Origin: Caecitellus pseudoparvulus
Lineage: Eukaryota; Protista; Bigyra: Bicosoecida
Direction of reading: 5' to 3'
Assembly: GCA_965644315.1 (NCBI GenBank)
Contig: CBFFRQ010000123.1
Coordinates: 1-48,567, forward strand
Length of the DNA: 48,567 bases
The position numbers and the translations under genes are program-made. Positions 21,507-33,066 of the stretch are shown here, one piece after another; position 1 is the stretch's first letter, and each line of letters begins with the position of its first letter. The notes beneath the pieces are model-generated. The model searched no databases. It was not told the origin of the DNA and saw only the letters and a program-made list of their open reading frames with translations.

Positions 21507-22123
21507 TGCTGGCTGGTGATGCTTGCGCAATGCAGGGGAGGCTTCAAAGATGCCGGAGGGCAAGGGGCGTCGGCTGCAGATGTGGTCCAGACAGCGATCC
21601 CACCAATCCTCGTATCAAGGCCTGACAAGTGCCACAGGCAGTGGCAGTGTGACGGAGCTGAGTCAGAGTGGATGGCCTGGTTGGAGCAATTGTGCTGCCA
21701 CCGCAAAACTGTGGACGCCATCCTGGACACCGCCGCTGCGCCCGGGCGCCGCACACCCAAAGGATCACACAGTGCAAGCCCATCGTAGCAGACTGGCACT
21801 TATTGTTGCGGGCACTGGGGCGTGGCTGTCGCAGCCAGGGCCACGCGGGCGGCGGCCGCTCAGGCACGTTGTGTGCTGCGCTGCCGCCGGCAGTGCCGGG
21901 GGCCCTGGGACAGTGAGAGGCCCCAGCCATGTTCTCACCCGTGCATGCCAAGGCATCAGCCAAGCAGCAGAAGGACAGCGTCGTGCACGCGCTCGTGTAG
22001 GTGCTGCGTGCGGTGTGCCTTAGCGTTGTCGCAGCGACCACAGGCAGCGTCCATCCCACCGTGCACGTGGCTGCTCTCTGCAGGGGGGTGTCCAACAGAC
22101 AAGTACAGCATGCAGCTCTAGGA

Positions 22124-25100
22124 ATGCCGGTGGTGAAGGTGAGTCGCTGCCGGTGTCGTGCGTGGCGCGACCTGACGCATTCGCCCCCTCTGGCCCATCC
22201 CACAGCGAGGGCAGTTGCTTCGCTCGGCAGCAAAGACCGGCCAGCTCCTGCGCCGGCGAAGTGGCGCCACAGCACCGGCGTCGCAGGGTGGCACGAATCC
22301 TGAATTTGCCCTGGATTCTGCCCGCTCACATTCCCTGCCCCGCTCCGGCAGCCACACTCCTGCGGAAGCGTCTGGTGGCAGCATGCTGCTGACCAGCCAC
22401 GCCACGCCCCAAACCGCAGCGCGCCTTGGAAAAGGAAGGAAAGAAGAGCAGCCAACAGCTGTGTCGCTGTCAGGTGGCGTCGGCTCCACACCCCGCCTGC
22501 CTGCTCTGCATCGGGGGCCGTCAGTTCCCGCGAGTCCGGGGCGACGCAGCGTCACCTTCACGCTCACACACGACGAGGAGGGCGGCGAGGAGAGGGTTGA
22601 CGGAGGAGGCGACTGCGACATCTGCACACCCCGGTCCGACGTGCATGGTGACTCCACCTCTGGGCCGGGGCTGCCGCTCCAGCGAGGGACAAGCCCCCCC
22701 CTCCCGGGCACAGTGCAGGCACTGTCCAACCGCATCCCGCGAAGGAGGGGGGCAGTCCCGGCGAACAGTCGCCAGCTGCCCCGGTCTCGTGCATCTGCGG
22801 AACAGCGGACACAGCAGACGACCCCGCAGTCGCTTCCCCTGGCTCTGCCCTTCCCCCCCTCGAAGTCGGTGTCCATCCCCCCCCTGCAGCGCGAACCCAC
22901 AGTGCCCAAGCTGGAGCGCACACCTGTCAAGCTGCAGCGCAGGCAGCGGGCGGGTGAGGGGGAAGTGCCGCCTCCCGTGGACGATGTGGCAGCTGCAGAC
23001 ACGCGGCTGGGCTCGGACGCCTTCCGGGATGTCCCCGCCGACACGGCCAGCTCGGTGCTCACGCCGGCGCAGGAGGCCATGCTCCAGTCCAAGAGTCTGC
23101 AGCGCAAGCTGCTGCAGCACGTGCACGACCCGCGCTCCAGCCTGTACAGCAGTGGTCGGCGGGCAGATCGCCGGAGTCCGTTGGCGACGGAACAGGATGA
23201 TGACAGCAGTAGCGACGATGAGTCCACTGAGCCTGTGGGGAGGGGGGGTGCAGGTGCCCAGCGCCCGCCGCCCCGGCGGCAGCGCGAGGTGACGCACCCC
23301 CTCTTCCCAAAGGACACTTCTGCAAACATTTACTACGGCTCCTTGATCGCCCTGGAGGCGGATGACGGCGCCTTCCTTACAGTGGACCCCCGCACCGGCG
23401 TGGTCGCCTTCCAACAACCGACGCCGGAATGGGAGAGCAAGGGGTTGGAGCCCTTCCCCACCTTTGCCACGTGTGCTGCCATGGACCGCTGGATGCAGCA
23501 GAGCCTGGCACAGAAAGAGGGTGTGGCGGGGGCCAGCCCGCGGGCCGGCGGCGCAGGGCGCCACAGCAAGGTCCAGCCCAGCACCCGCGGCCTGACGGAG
23601 GCGGAGGAGGCGACACCCCCCATCCCAGGGCACAGGCTTCCCACGACGGGCCTGCCTGCTGGCGAGGCAGCCTCGGCGCTGACGGTGGCGCCCCGCCGGG
23701 CAGTGCAGCAGCTGGTGCGGGCGGCGCTGGACGCGACGAGCGCGTTGAGTCAGACCGGCCGCCCCGTGACACCTGCAGCGCCTCTGTACATCTTTCGGGT
23801 GATTGATCTGAAGAACCCCAAGAACCGCGGTGTGGTGCAGTACGGCGGCCCCCTGTGGCTGCAGCTGGTGTCGGGGCCAGGCACCAAGGGCTGGAGCAGC
23901 GGCGCCGTGCTGGGCGTGGGCCTGTCCCGCGCCACAGAGATGTCCAGCCTCGCCTCTGGCGTGCCCTTGGATGCAGCAGACCACAGCCAGCCAGCCCTCC
24001 TGGATGTGACGACACAGGAGGCGCTCGTGGACAACCGCATCCGCGAGCGCCTGGCGGAAGCGGACAGCAAGGCCCGTTCACAGGCCCACGCCGACGACGG
24101 CGAGGCTGGGGACGGCTCCACCACCTTCCTGACGCAGTCTGGGGGCGTGGGCGACACACAGAATGTGCCCGCTCCCGACAGCAGCCTCATCACCCGCCAC
24201 ACTGCCATGAACGCCCCGGAAGCAGAGACCACTGTGTCCGCTTTCCCGTTGTACAAGGCGTCAGCCTCCGCCTTCACACGGCGCCCAAGAGCAGTCGTGG
24301 CACGCGACCCCAGCTTGGAGACTGCCCTCGCTGCCGGCACACCTTGGCATGTGCCCCCGGAGGGTGTGCAGCTCACAACAACTGGCGAGCAGCGAGTTGT
24401 GCCCTTGCTGGACAGCGGCTCCCCCCGATCGCCCAGCCCCAGCGCAGCAGATCCCTCCGGTCGCTTTGGCGGGAGCATGCGAGTGAGTCACTCGCGCAGT
24501 CTGTCAGCAGGCGGCACGGGCGGCGCAGGCACCGCGCTGGAAGGCGCTTCCCACGGCTCCCCCCGCGTCCTGGCTGTGACCGGCCCGCCCCGCATGCCGC
24601 GGTGGACGTTTTCTGCCACAGAGGCGGCCCTGCTGTCAAGCTTGCACGGCAAGAAACGTGAATCCCAGCTAGCACCGCTGTTGGACGTCGTGGGGAACGA
24701 CTATGGCGTGCCGCGACCTGTGCCTGCCTTTGTGCCTGGGCGGGGCTTTCCCACCCCCTCCAACGGCGGCAGCGTGCACGGCCCGCCCTCCCTTCGGAAC
24801 CCTTCAGGCTTGTACAAGCTGGGCAGCCCTGCCTTTGAGGCGTTGGTGGGGGACATGAACGCGGCGGCTGAGCGCGTCGGGTGCTGGACCATCACCGCCG
24901 CCCTGCGCCGGCACCCCTCCAACACGCGAGATGCCGATGCCACACCCGACCAGGGCGATGGGGCTCTGGGGCCAGCAGGCGGCAGCGACTCGTCCAGCGA
25001 AGACGAAGGCACCTCCTTCACCGGCAACGTGCCTGTGAACGTGTCGCCGGAACACGCCCGGGATGTCCGGAACATGGATGTGGTGGTGCTCAGTCACGGC

Positions 25101-27653
25101 TCCTTGTTCCTGGCCTCGCACCACCGCAAGGTGCCGCCCAGCACCCAGCATGATGCCCTTGCTGTGGCAGCTGTGGCCTCCGGCCAAGGGCACGCAGCGC
25201 CTGCCAGACCAGGCTTCCCCGCTCCGTCCCAGACACAGCTGCTGGAGTTGCTGCTGCCGCAGTCGCGCCTGGCCTTCATGGACTTGCATGCCATGCGCTT
25301 CCTGCAGTTGGCGTCCCGGGACTCCCCAGCCCACCAAGCTGCCATGTGGCGCCGGCTGCACATGGTGGAGCAGGGCACGCAGGGCCTAGACACCCTGGCA
25401 GAAGTGGCCCAGCGGCGCCACGCAGCGTTGGGGCGCAAGTTGAAGTTCGCGCTGAAGGACGGCTACACCGCCGCCCTGCACCAGGCACAGATGGCCTCCG
25501 CGTACCAGAAGCGTTTTGGGCTGAAGCGTACGTTTTCGCACATCATGAAGGGTGAGCGGCCCAAGCCGACCCTGCTGCGGCGCCGTAGCTCGCGCCGCAG
25601 TGGCAGGGCCCTTCCCGGCACCCAGTCTACCCATCCCACCCTGAAGAAGGCTTCCTCCTCCACGCTCTCCCTTGCATCCACGGAATCAGCAGCAGCTGCT
25701 GAGGCGGACCAGCCTGGGCAGACATCCACAGCACCTGTCGAGCAAGGCCACTCCACCGTGCAGTTGGAACATGCAGACGCAGGCACCGTGCCACACATGG
25801 GCCCCAGAGGACACTTCATGGTGCACCGGCGGGGTCTGTTGCGCCTGCGTCTCATCGCCATATCAGAAGGCAACAGTGTTGGCGCCAGCTCCCTGCAGAT
25901 GGCGGCGGCGGCGACAGCTGCTGCCAGCGTATCTCCAGACGGAGCACCGCCCCAGGCTGCCACGCTGGGCACTTCAGCTGCTGCAGGAGGAGCCAGCGTG
26001 GAAGCTGGACAGACCGCCCGGGCTGGAGCGGTCAAGCCATCCCTCAGCACAGTGGTGAATGTGGTGGCAGCGCGGTCTGCCGGCGCTGGCATGGCTGCCC
26101 CTGTGGGCCAAATTGAAATCCTGGCCAGTCACCAGCTGAGGAGCTCCAAGAGACAGAGGCATGGCCACTCCGATGCCCAGCTACGACTGGCGTCCTCGGG
26201 CTACAGAGGTTCCCACCACGCCCTGCTCAGCGCGACTGTTGGCGGCGGGCGGGCCGCCGACCAAGCCGAGCGCTTCCTAAGTAACCTGGGGAATCACAAT
26301 GCCTTGCCCCAAGTGCAGCGAGGCGCCCACCGCCAGAGCCTTGCAGAGGAGGCGAGTGCACGAGATACGTCCCTGGTGTCAGCACGGGGGCCTGGCGGCT
26401 TGCAGGCAGCCAAGGCACGGGCAAACGCTTCTCGCGCGGCCAGTGCCATGGCTGCTGTTTTGTCCAAGTCCGAATCAGCTGGGCTTCTCGGACAAGCAGT
26501 GTCGGCGACGCCACGCAGTCCGAAGAGCTCCCGGCCCGCGTCGGCCACGGTGGCGCGGGTGCGGGTGCAGCCAGCCAAGCTCTCGTACCTAGAAGGGGGT
26601 CAGTACTTAGCCCCAAGCATGCACAAACACTCCGTGTCTGTGCTTCGCGCGGCGAACGAGGACTTTGTTCGAGCCGTGCTGCGCCAGCAGCGGCGCCTCA
26701 GTGACGAACACGGGGCGCCGCCTCAGACAGGCGTTGAGCCCAGGTCACCCTCCCGAGCTTCTGGCGAGTTTTTCAACTTCTCAACCCCACTGCACCCCAC
26801 AAAACTGCCACACACTGCAGCTTCACCCATGACTGCTCTCATGCAAGCTGCCAAAGCGCGACCATTGGAGCGCAATGTGGGCACCTTCGGAGAGGAAGCT
26901 GGAAGCGCCCCAAAGCGGGCTGCGCCCAAGCTCACGCCATCCTCTGTGTTCCTGTCAGTGTCCAAGGCACTCTCCCAAACAGACAGACAGGTTGTTCAGG
27001 CGTTGGCGGCTGATGAAGCACAGCAGGAGGCAAGGAAAGCCAAAGAAGCCGCCGCGTCATTGAAGCAGCAGCCGTTGGTGCAAGCGAAAGAGTTGGCATA
27101 CTCAAGCGCGCTGGAACGCAGGGAGGCGAGGCGCCTATCTGCACAACGAAAAGGGCACGCTACACCCACAAGTGTCGGCATGGGCGGCATCCAGGAGGCG
27201 GCCCCGACAAAGGGCACTTCGGCTGCATTGGAGCGAGGTCTGCTGGATGACGACAATGTGCAGGAAGTGCTGAACGGTGTGCCCGTGGACATGCGGTCCA
27301 GGTGGGATGCGGAGCTCCACGACGAAGCCAGGACGACAAAACTCATGCAGGACATGCGGGAGCGGCTGGAACAGCACCTTCACCTGCCTGGTGTTCCTGG
27401 AGGAGGTGCCCAGCCCGTTGGCAGTGTGGGCGAGCTCCTCAAAGCGATGCCCAAGTCACCGACGAGAGGTGTACCCCACGGCCAGGGACGGACGCTGCTC
27501 CATGGTGATGAAGGGAGTGTATCCCCTATGCGAGCGGGCGATTTCGCGCGATCTCTGGCGGAGGAGGACGAGCACATGCACTTCATCATTGGGCTGGAAG
27601 CCCGTCGAGCGCAGCGGGAGGAGGGTGTAGCTGAGCCCGCACAGCACGAATAA
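22124..27653 (+). CDS. large hypothetical protein (~1820 aa), mostly low complexity with dispersed beta-rich blocks
   Basis: First exon MPVVK, intron 22139-22206 (GTGAGT...CAG), then a 5.4-kb open exon. Ordered blocks IYYGSLIALEADDGAFLTVD, YIFRVIDLKNPKNRGVVQYGGPLWLQL and VRNMDVVVLSHGSLFL. Confidence 0.7.
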
Positions 27654-27664
27654 AGGCTGCAGCA

Positions 27665-30025
27665 CTACAATCCATACACACCCAGGCTAGCAAGGGCTTC
27701 GAGCTTGTCCTTCAAGACGTCATGCCTTGCCTGCAGCCAGGCGCTCGTCGGGTGGTGAGCCAAGGCTGCTTGAAGGACAAGGAGGGCATCAGAGTACCGA
27801 CCAGAGAGCTCCAGGGAGAAGGCCAGGTTGTTGGCAATGCCAGAGTCTGCAGGGGCTGTTGAGTAAGCTGTTTGGTGCCGCTCCAGCGCCTGCGAGAAGC
27901 GCCCCAACTCATGGAGGCAGTTCCCAGCATTGCTCCACAGCGCTGCGTCCCATGGCTCGTCCCTCAGCGCTGCCTCGAAATGCACCAATGCTTCTTGCGG
28001 TTTGCCGATGGCCTGGAGTGTTAGACCAAGGAGGTTGTGCACGTGGGTGACCCTGGCTGTGCCTGCGCTTTGCAAACCTTGGCGCAGTTCGGCGATGGCG
28101 GCGTGTGGGCCCAACAACTCCCGTGCGACCTGGGCACGATGGAAGTGCACGTTGGGAGTCATGGTCCCACAGGCCCCAAAGTCTTCCAGCAGAAGTTTGG
28201 CTAGCAAGAGCGACCTGGGGCCCGGCAATGTGCGGTTGTGGCGCTCGGCAAGGTAGCGTTCGGCCCAGCCGCCTTCTCCCAGAAGGATGTCTTGACCCGT
28301 GGACTGCAGTTTGGTCGCCAGGAAGTCGGACAGGTAAACCTGTCCAAGGTCATGCTTGCAGTCACATGGCGTCCGATGTGAAGCATAGATGCAGCCCCAA
28401 AAGTGGTGTGCAGCCCCTGATGTGTTGCGCATTCCCTGGTGCACCAGGCCCAAGTTGTGCCATGCAGAACCTGCGTCAGGGTAGATGTCAATGGCAGCCT
28501 GCAAAGCGTCTGCAGCGAGGGGCAAAGCGTCTGGTCTCTTCGAGTTGAGCAAGATGTTCGCATAGTTGTTCAGTGCCTTGACGGATCGAGGGCGCACTGC
28601 CACGCCCGCCTTGTACAGCGACAGCTCATCCCTCCAGTCCTCGTTCCGCACCACACTGCGCACGAGCATGGCAACTAGCACACACGCAAGAAGCGCCCAG
28701 GTGCCCTTTCTTCTCAATGTTGCTCGCCTGATGCTGGACCACTGCATCTGCTCCCAAGTCTGCGGAATGGGCGCTGCCCAAGCCACAGCGAGACAGAGTC
28801 CAATGCTAGGAATGTACAGGAGCCTCTCAGCAACCTCTGTTCCCACGAACATGACTGTGTTTGAGGCAGGTAAGAAGCTGGCAGCAGCGATCCCCACGCA
28901 CCACAGGAGTGTGGCTTGCCGCTTCGCCACTGACCGCCACAGCACTACGAATACGCAAGCGTACAACGCGACGCTCAGCACGTTGCGAGGGTCAGTCACT
29001 GCCTCGATGATCCTCGGAGTGTCGAAGCCATGGTCAAAGCTCAAATCGCTGGGCCACACAAAGAGCCAAGCATACTCAACATGGGTGTACGCCACCGTCA
29101 GCGTCCGGGCTAGGCCCGCAGGCATGAGGGCCATGCGGTTCTCCATGATGCTCCACTCGTACAGTGGCGCACCTCTGTGCACTTGCATCCGGAAGTGCAT
29201 GAAGATTGCGGCAAAGAGGAAGGAGCACGCGACCCGGCCCCGCGTGTGAGTGGCGTGCAAACCACTCAGCAGCCATGTCGGGCTGCTGCCGTCTCGCGCC
29301 TGCCCTGAGAGCTGGGCAGGACCACACAGCCACAAGTCGTAGAGGACGAAACCAGCCAGAACTGTGAATCCCACCTCCTTTGCAAGGGATGCAGCCGCAA
29401 CGAGAGCGTAGGCAGCAGCCACAGCAGCCCATTTCCAGGTCCAGGCTTGCCCGTTATGGCTGGCTCCGTATGCGAGCAGTGCCGCGACAAACAAGAGACC
29501 GCTGAGCAAGTCAGCCCTGCTCACTATGCCTGCAACGGCTTCCACATGAACAGGATGCACAGCGAAGAGCAGCGCAGCAAAAGCCGCTGCAGGCCCTGGC
29601 AGTCCCGCGAGCTCTCCCAGCGGGATGAGAAGCGCGCTGACAGCAGCATGCAGCCCGACGTTGGTTGCATGGAAGACCCAGGGCTCTCTTCCGGCCATCA
29701 AGTAGTTCAACTTGTATGAAGCAACTGTCAGAGGCCTAAAGCTCTTGTGACTTGATCTGCACGCGCACAGCGGGAGGTTTGCGGAGGGTCGCCAAGCTAG
29801 CTTGCATGGGCCAACGTACGGTGTTGAAATGTTCTGCCCCCAAAAATCATGGACAAGCAGGTTGCTCCACGGGCTTGATGAGGAGATGTCATCGTTAAGC
29901 ACAATCGCTGCGCGGTCGTCCCACACAAAGCCAGCTGGCAGCGTGTTGGCAAATGTGAGAACAGCGACGAGCGCTGTCAGAATCATCGCCTGCTGGCCCG
30001 GTCGCAGAGCCCAAGAGGTCTTCAT
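27665..30025 (-). CDS. TMTC: TMTC-family protein O-mannosyltransferase (GT-C membrane domain, DUF1736, TPR repeats)
   Basis: FVWDDRAAIVLN; HDFWG; SHKSFRPLTVASY; LFAVHPVHVEAVAGIVSRADLL; WPSDLSFDH; VAERLLYIPSIG; RNEDW; C-terminal TPRs. In-frame intron at 29757-29819. Confidence 0.92.
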   Translation of the reverse strand: MKTSWALRPGQQAMILTALVAVLTFANTLPAGFVWDDRAAIVLNDDISSSSPWSNLLVHDFWGQNISTPYVGPCKLAWRPSANLPLCACRSSHKSFRPLTVASYKLNYLMAGREPWVFHATNVGLHAAVSALLIPLGELAGLPGPAAAFAALLFAVHPVHVEAVAGIVSRADLLSGLLFVAALLAYGASHNGQAWTWKWAAVAAAYALVAAASLAKEVGFTVLAGFVLYDLWLCGPAQLSGQARDGSSPTWLLSGLHATHTRGRVACSFLFAAIFMHFRMQVHRGAPLYEWSIMENRMALMPAGLARTLTVAYTHVEYAWLFVWPSDLSFDHGFDTPRIIEAVTDPRNVLSVALYACVFVVLWRSVAKRQATLLWCVGIAAASFLPASNTVMFVGTEVAERLLYIPSIGLCLAVAWAAPIPQTWEQMQWSSIRRATLRRKGTWALLACVLVAMLVRSVVRNEDWRDELSLYKAGVAVRPRSVKALNNYANILLNSKRPDALPLAADALQAAIDIYPDAGSAWHNLGLVHQGMRNTSGAAHHFWGCIYASHRTPCDCKHDLGQVYLSDFLATKLQSTGQDILLGEGGWAERYLAERHNRTLPGPRSLLLAKLLLEDFGACGTMTPNVHFHRAQVARELLGPHAAIAELRQGLQSAGTARVTHVHNLLGLTLQAIGKPQEALVHFEAALRDEPWDAALWSNAGNCLHELGRFSQALERHQTAYSTAPADSGIANNLAFSLELSGRYSDALLVLQAALAHHPTSAWLQARHDVLKDKLEALASLGVYGL

Positions 30026-30788
30026 TGTCAACTCCTTTGGCCCCTTTTTGAGCTGTTGGCCCCTACACACTGGGGCGCGCAGCCTGGCGCGGCTTTTTGG
30101 GGGCAGCAGCACATGCGAGGTACGTCCAATCCTCAAATAGCTGCCGTTGTGCCCAGCTCAAGAGTGACAAGCTGAGGCAGCGCCTGAAGTAGTTACGCTT
30201 TCAAACAGTGACAATAGGCTTTCCACTTTTGTGTCGCAAGGGATTCTGCTGTTCAGTCTGCGACTGTGGGCACGCTTGCTGCGTTTCTCATGAAACGCTA
30301 CCTTTGCAGGCCCAAGTTGACCGTATTTGTGAGAGCTGAGGTCTCAGAAATCACAAAAGGAGCACCATTTACGAGTTGAAATGATTCCGGATGGGGCTTG
30401 AAGATGCAGGGGTGCTAGCTGGGTGTGTGGCTTTCAGCTCTCCAAGTTGCATTGCACGCGCAGCGACTTTCGGCATCGCACGTGCCATGGAACTGTGTCA
30501 GGGAGCAGAGGACAATGATGATGTGTCTGGGCTCCTGCAGCCCCTGGGGTGCTCGTGAGACTGGCACTCGAAGGAGTGCAAACGAGGTGCATCGCGAGAG
30601 ACGGCAAGCGCGAGCTCTGCCCCGGCAGTGCAAAATCAAAGTTCACAGGCAGCTCCATGCCATGAAGCAGGATTTGGTATCACTACTTTTGCTGACCCGG
30701 TTGCTGCAGTTGGGGTTGTCCGGTCGCGGAAGAGCTGCCGCGCCCAGCACCCTGCGAAGCACCCGCGGCCGCTTTTGCAGGACACGTG

Positions 30789-32263
30789 ATGGAGAAGTTC
30801 AGCGGGTGGAATGATGAGTCCACGGGGATAAACCCCTTTGTCACACACTCAAAGCCCGTCAACCGGGGCTGGTTGGCCTGCGCAGGTCAAAGCGTCCTGG
30901 CTTGCATCTTGTGCCTGTGCGTGTCGTGGCAACGCGGGCGAAACGCAGGCTTGTCAAGACCCTGCCACCCGAGCCCGCAGGCTTCGAGTGCCATGCTTGT
31001 GCATATTGGCTGGAATCTTGATGATAACGTCAGCACTCTCTCACGTGGTTGGTGTTTCGCTCGCAAACGGTAGCGTTGGGGGGCTCCACGCCGGCCTGGC
31101 GTCCTTTCCGCAGACTCCTTTCCCCTGGCTGGAGCGAATCGTGCGCTTTATGTTCGAGGTGCCAGCTGCTCGGGTGGCCATGACCATGTTTGGATACTAC
31201 GCACCCAAAGAGGCCACTTTGCCACTCGTTCACACCGAGTTGGAGTGCGTGGCCCAGGCGCAAGTGGCTGCCTGCGCAGTCAGCATGCAGCCACCCGCCC
31301 TCCCTGCCGTTCGCAGGCCTTCCCCCACGCTGAAAGCAAGGGCCAGTGGAGGACGTGGACTGCCTGGCATTGAGGTGTACATTGTCAATTGCCAGTCCTA
31401 CATTGATGTGCTGTGGCTAGCATCGCGGTTCGCGCCTACTTTCGCGCGGGTGTCGGCAGCAGGCGGACTGCGGCGGGTGACCACTGTGGAGGCGCTGCTC
31501 ATGGTCACGGGCTGCATCTCGCAAGTCCATTTCCAGGAGGGGCGGGAGGCGTCCACACTGCAGACTTTGGAGTGGGCCCGCAGCACTCTAGCTGGTCCCC
31601 TGGTGCTGTTCGCAGAGGGCGCTCCGACGAATGGCAAGGTATGTGCGCACGCCCTGCAGCAGCACATATACGGCGCCGCATGAGGGCCACAATCTACCAC
31701 GCGCGCTGCCCACAGGGAGTCCTGCGATTTTGCCCTTCTGCCACTGACCTGGCACGAGCTCTACTGCGTTTCCCTCAAGACCTGGCCCCTCATGTGCGGT
31801 ACCTGGGCATAAGGTGAGGCGTGCTGTCCGCCAGCGCCGCGCATTAGTGCACCAAGGACAACCACGACACTGACGCGGCTCTCACTACTTCCTGTGCAGG
31901 TATGGGGCGGGGGACTCGCCGGCGAGCTTCGTGCATGGTTCCGTCGTGTGGCATGCGCTGCAGCTGATGAGCAGGGTGGTCAACGACATGACCATCACTT
32001 CCCTGCAGCCTGGACTGGACCCCCAGCCACTGGACTGCATGGCAGCGTCAGGTGCGGGCGATGCGCCCCAGTTGTCAGCCGTAGACAGCTCAGAGGCGCA
32101 CGCAGCAGCTGCTGAGCGGTGGTGCGCCTTGGCCCAGACCACCTTGGCAAGCCTGCTCCGGCACGGGGTGGGGGCCGTGCAGCTGGACGCCAGCGACCAC
32201 GCGACGTTTGTGCGCTTTGCAGAGGGCGATGCCTCCGCCCACAAGAAGAAGAAGGCGCTGTAG
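30789..32263 (+). CDS. LOA1: LOA1/VPS66-like lysophosphatidic acid acyltransferase
   Basis: N-terminus MEKFSGWNDESTGINPFV matches the family's MEK...W.D..TGI.PF signature. Motif I VNCQSYID, motif III LFAEGAPTNGKGVL, C-terminal KKAL di-lysine signal. Five GT-AG introns. Confidence 0.8.
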
Positions 32264-32273
32264 GTGCAGGGCG

Positions 32274-32944
32274 TCAAGGCTCCGCGGTGCGCAGCGCCTC
32301 GCGCTCCACCTCCCTGGCAGCAATGCAAATGCGGGGGAGTGACGCCAGCAGCTGCTTGTCTGCACTGTGTGTCTCGCCCATGATGGGGACGTGTGGCTGG
32401 TTCGTCGCTGTCGACCACAGCAGGGTCTGTGCATGTAGATAAGGTGTGCGGTGGGACTGCGGAGGCGGCTGCCACACCTCCGGCGCGACGGACCAGTCCA
32501 TTGAAGTCCACGCTTGCCAGGCAATTGTACGTCCCATGTACTCTCGTGATGGAGGGCAATGCCCCGTGATTCAGGCGGTCACCTGCAGGTGCAAGCGGGA
32601 CGGGAGTGAGGCAGTGCTTGCTTTCAGGGTCGGGTGCGCGCTGGTACGTCACGCACTGACAGCAACTCCTGCTTTGCGAATCTTGTCAAGCGCTATGGTG
32701 TTTCTGGCAAGGTCTTTCTCAGAAACGTGCTTCAAGAAGCTGCGCAGCCTCGCAAAGGAGCGTGAGCGGGCCTCGAAACGGCAGTGAAACGGCAGCGCAC
32801 TCACAGCACCTCCCCTGAGGCCGTGATGAGGCTGAAGAAGTGGACATCCGCGTACAGCGAAGAGACAGACTCCATGAGTCTCGCCAGGTTCCTCATGGGC
32901 ACATCGTCCACTGGCTCACGTGCTGCGCAGCAACATGCTCCCAT
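32274..32944 (-). CDS. N-myristoylated/palmitoylated Roadblock/LC7/MglB-like protein (154 aa)
   Basis: Exons 32944-32805, 32739-32657, 32582-32494 and 32426-32274 total 465 nt in frame. Product: MGACCCAAREPVDDVPMRNLARLMESVSSLYADVHFFSLITASGEVLFLKHVSEKDLARNTIALDKIRKAGVAVSDRLNHGALPSITRVHGTYNCLASVDFNGLTLLWSTATNQPHVPIMGETHSADKQLLASLPRICIAAREVEREALRTAEP. The secondary-structure pattern fits a Roadblock fold. Confidence 0.7.
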
Positions 32945-33066
32945 GGCACAAAAACAAGCAGCGTTGCATCGACGGGGAATCCAGGCAGCAGCATCCAGTG
33001 TGTGCATTGAGGTGCGGCCACGAGGTTCGCATGCACGGAGGAGTTTGACACCCCTGCCTGGCTGCC

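Noticed and set aside
30281-30360. Short hairpins (GCGTTTC-TCAT-GAAACGC; TTTGTGA...TCACAAA) in the TMTC/LOA1 spacer
   Set aside because: Stems are only about 7 bp, with no tRNA cloverleaf or known ncRNA motif.
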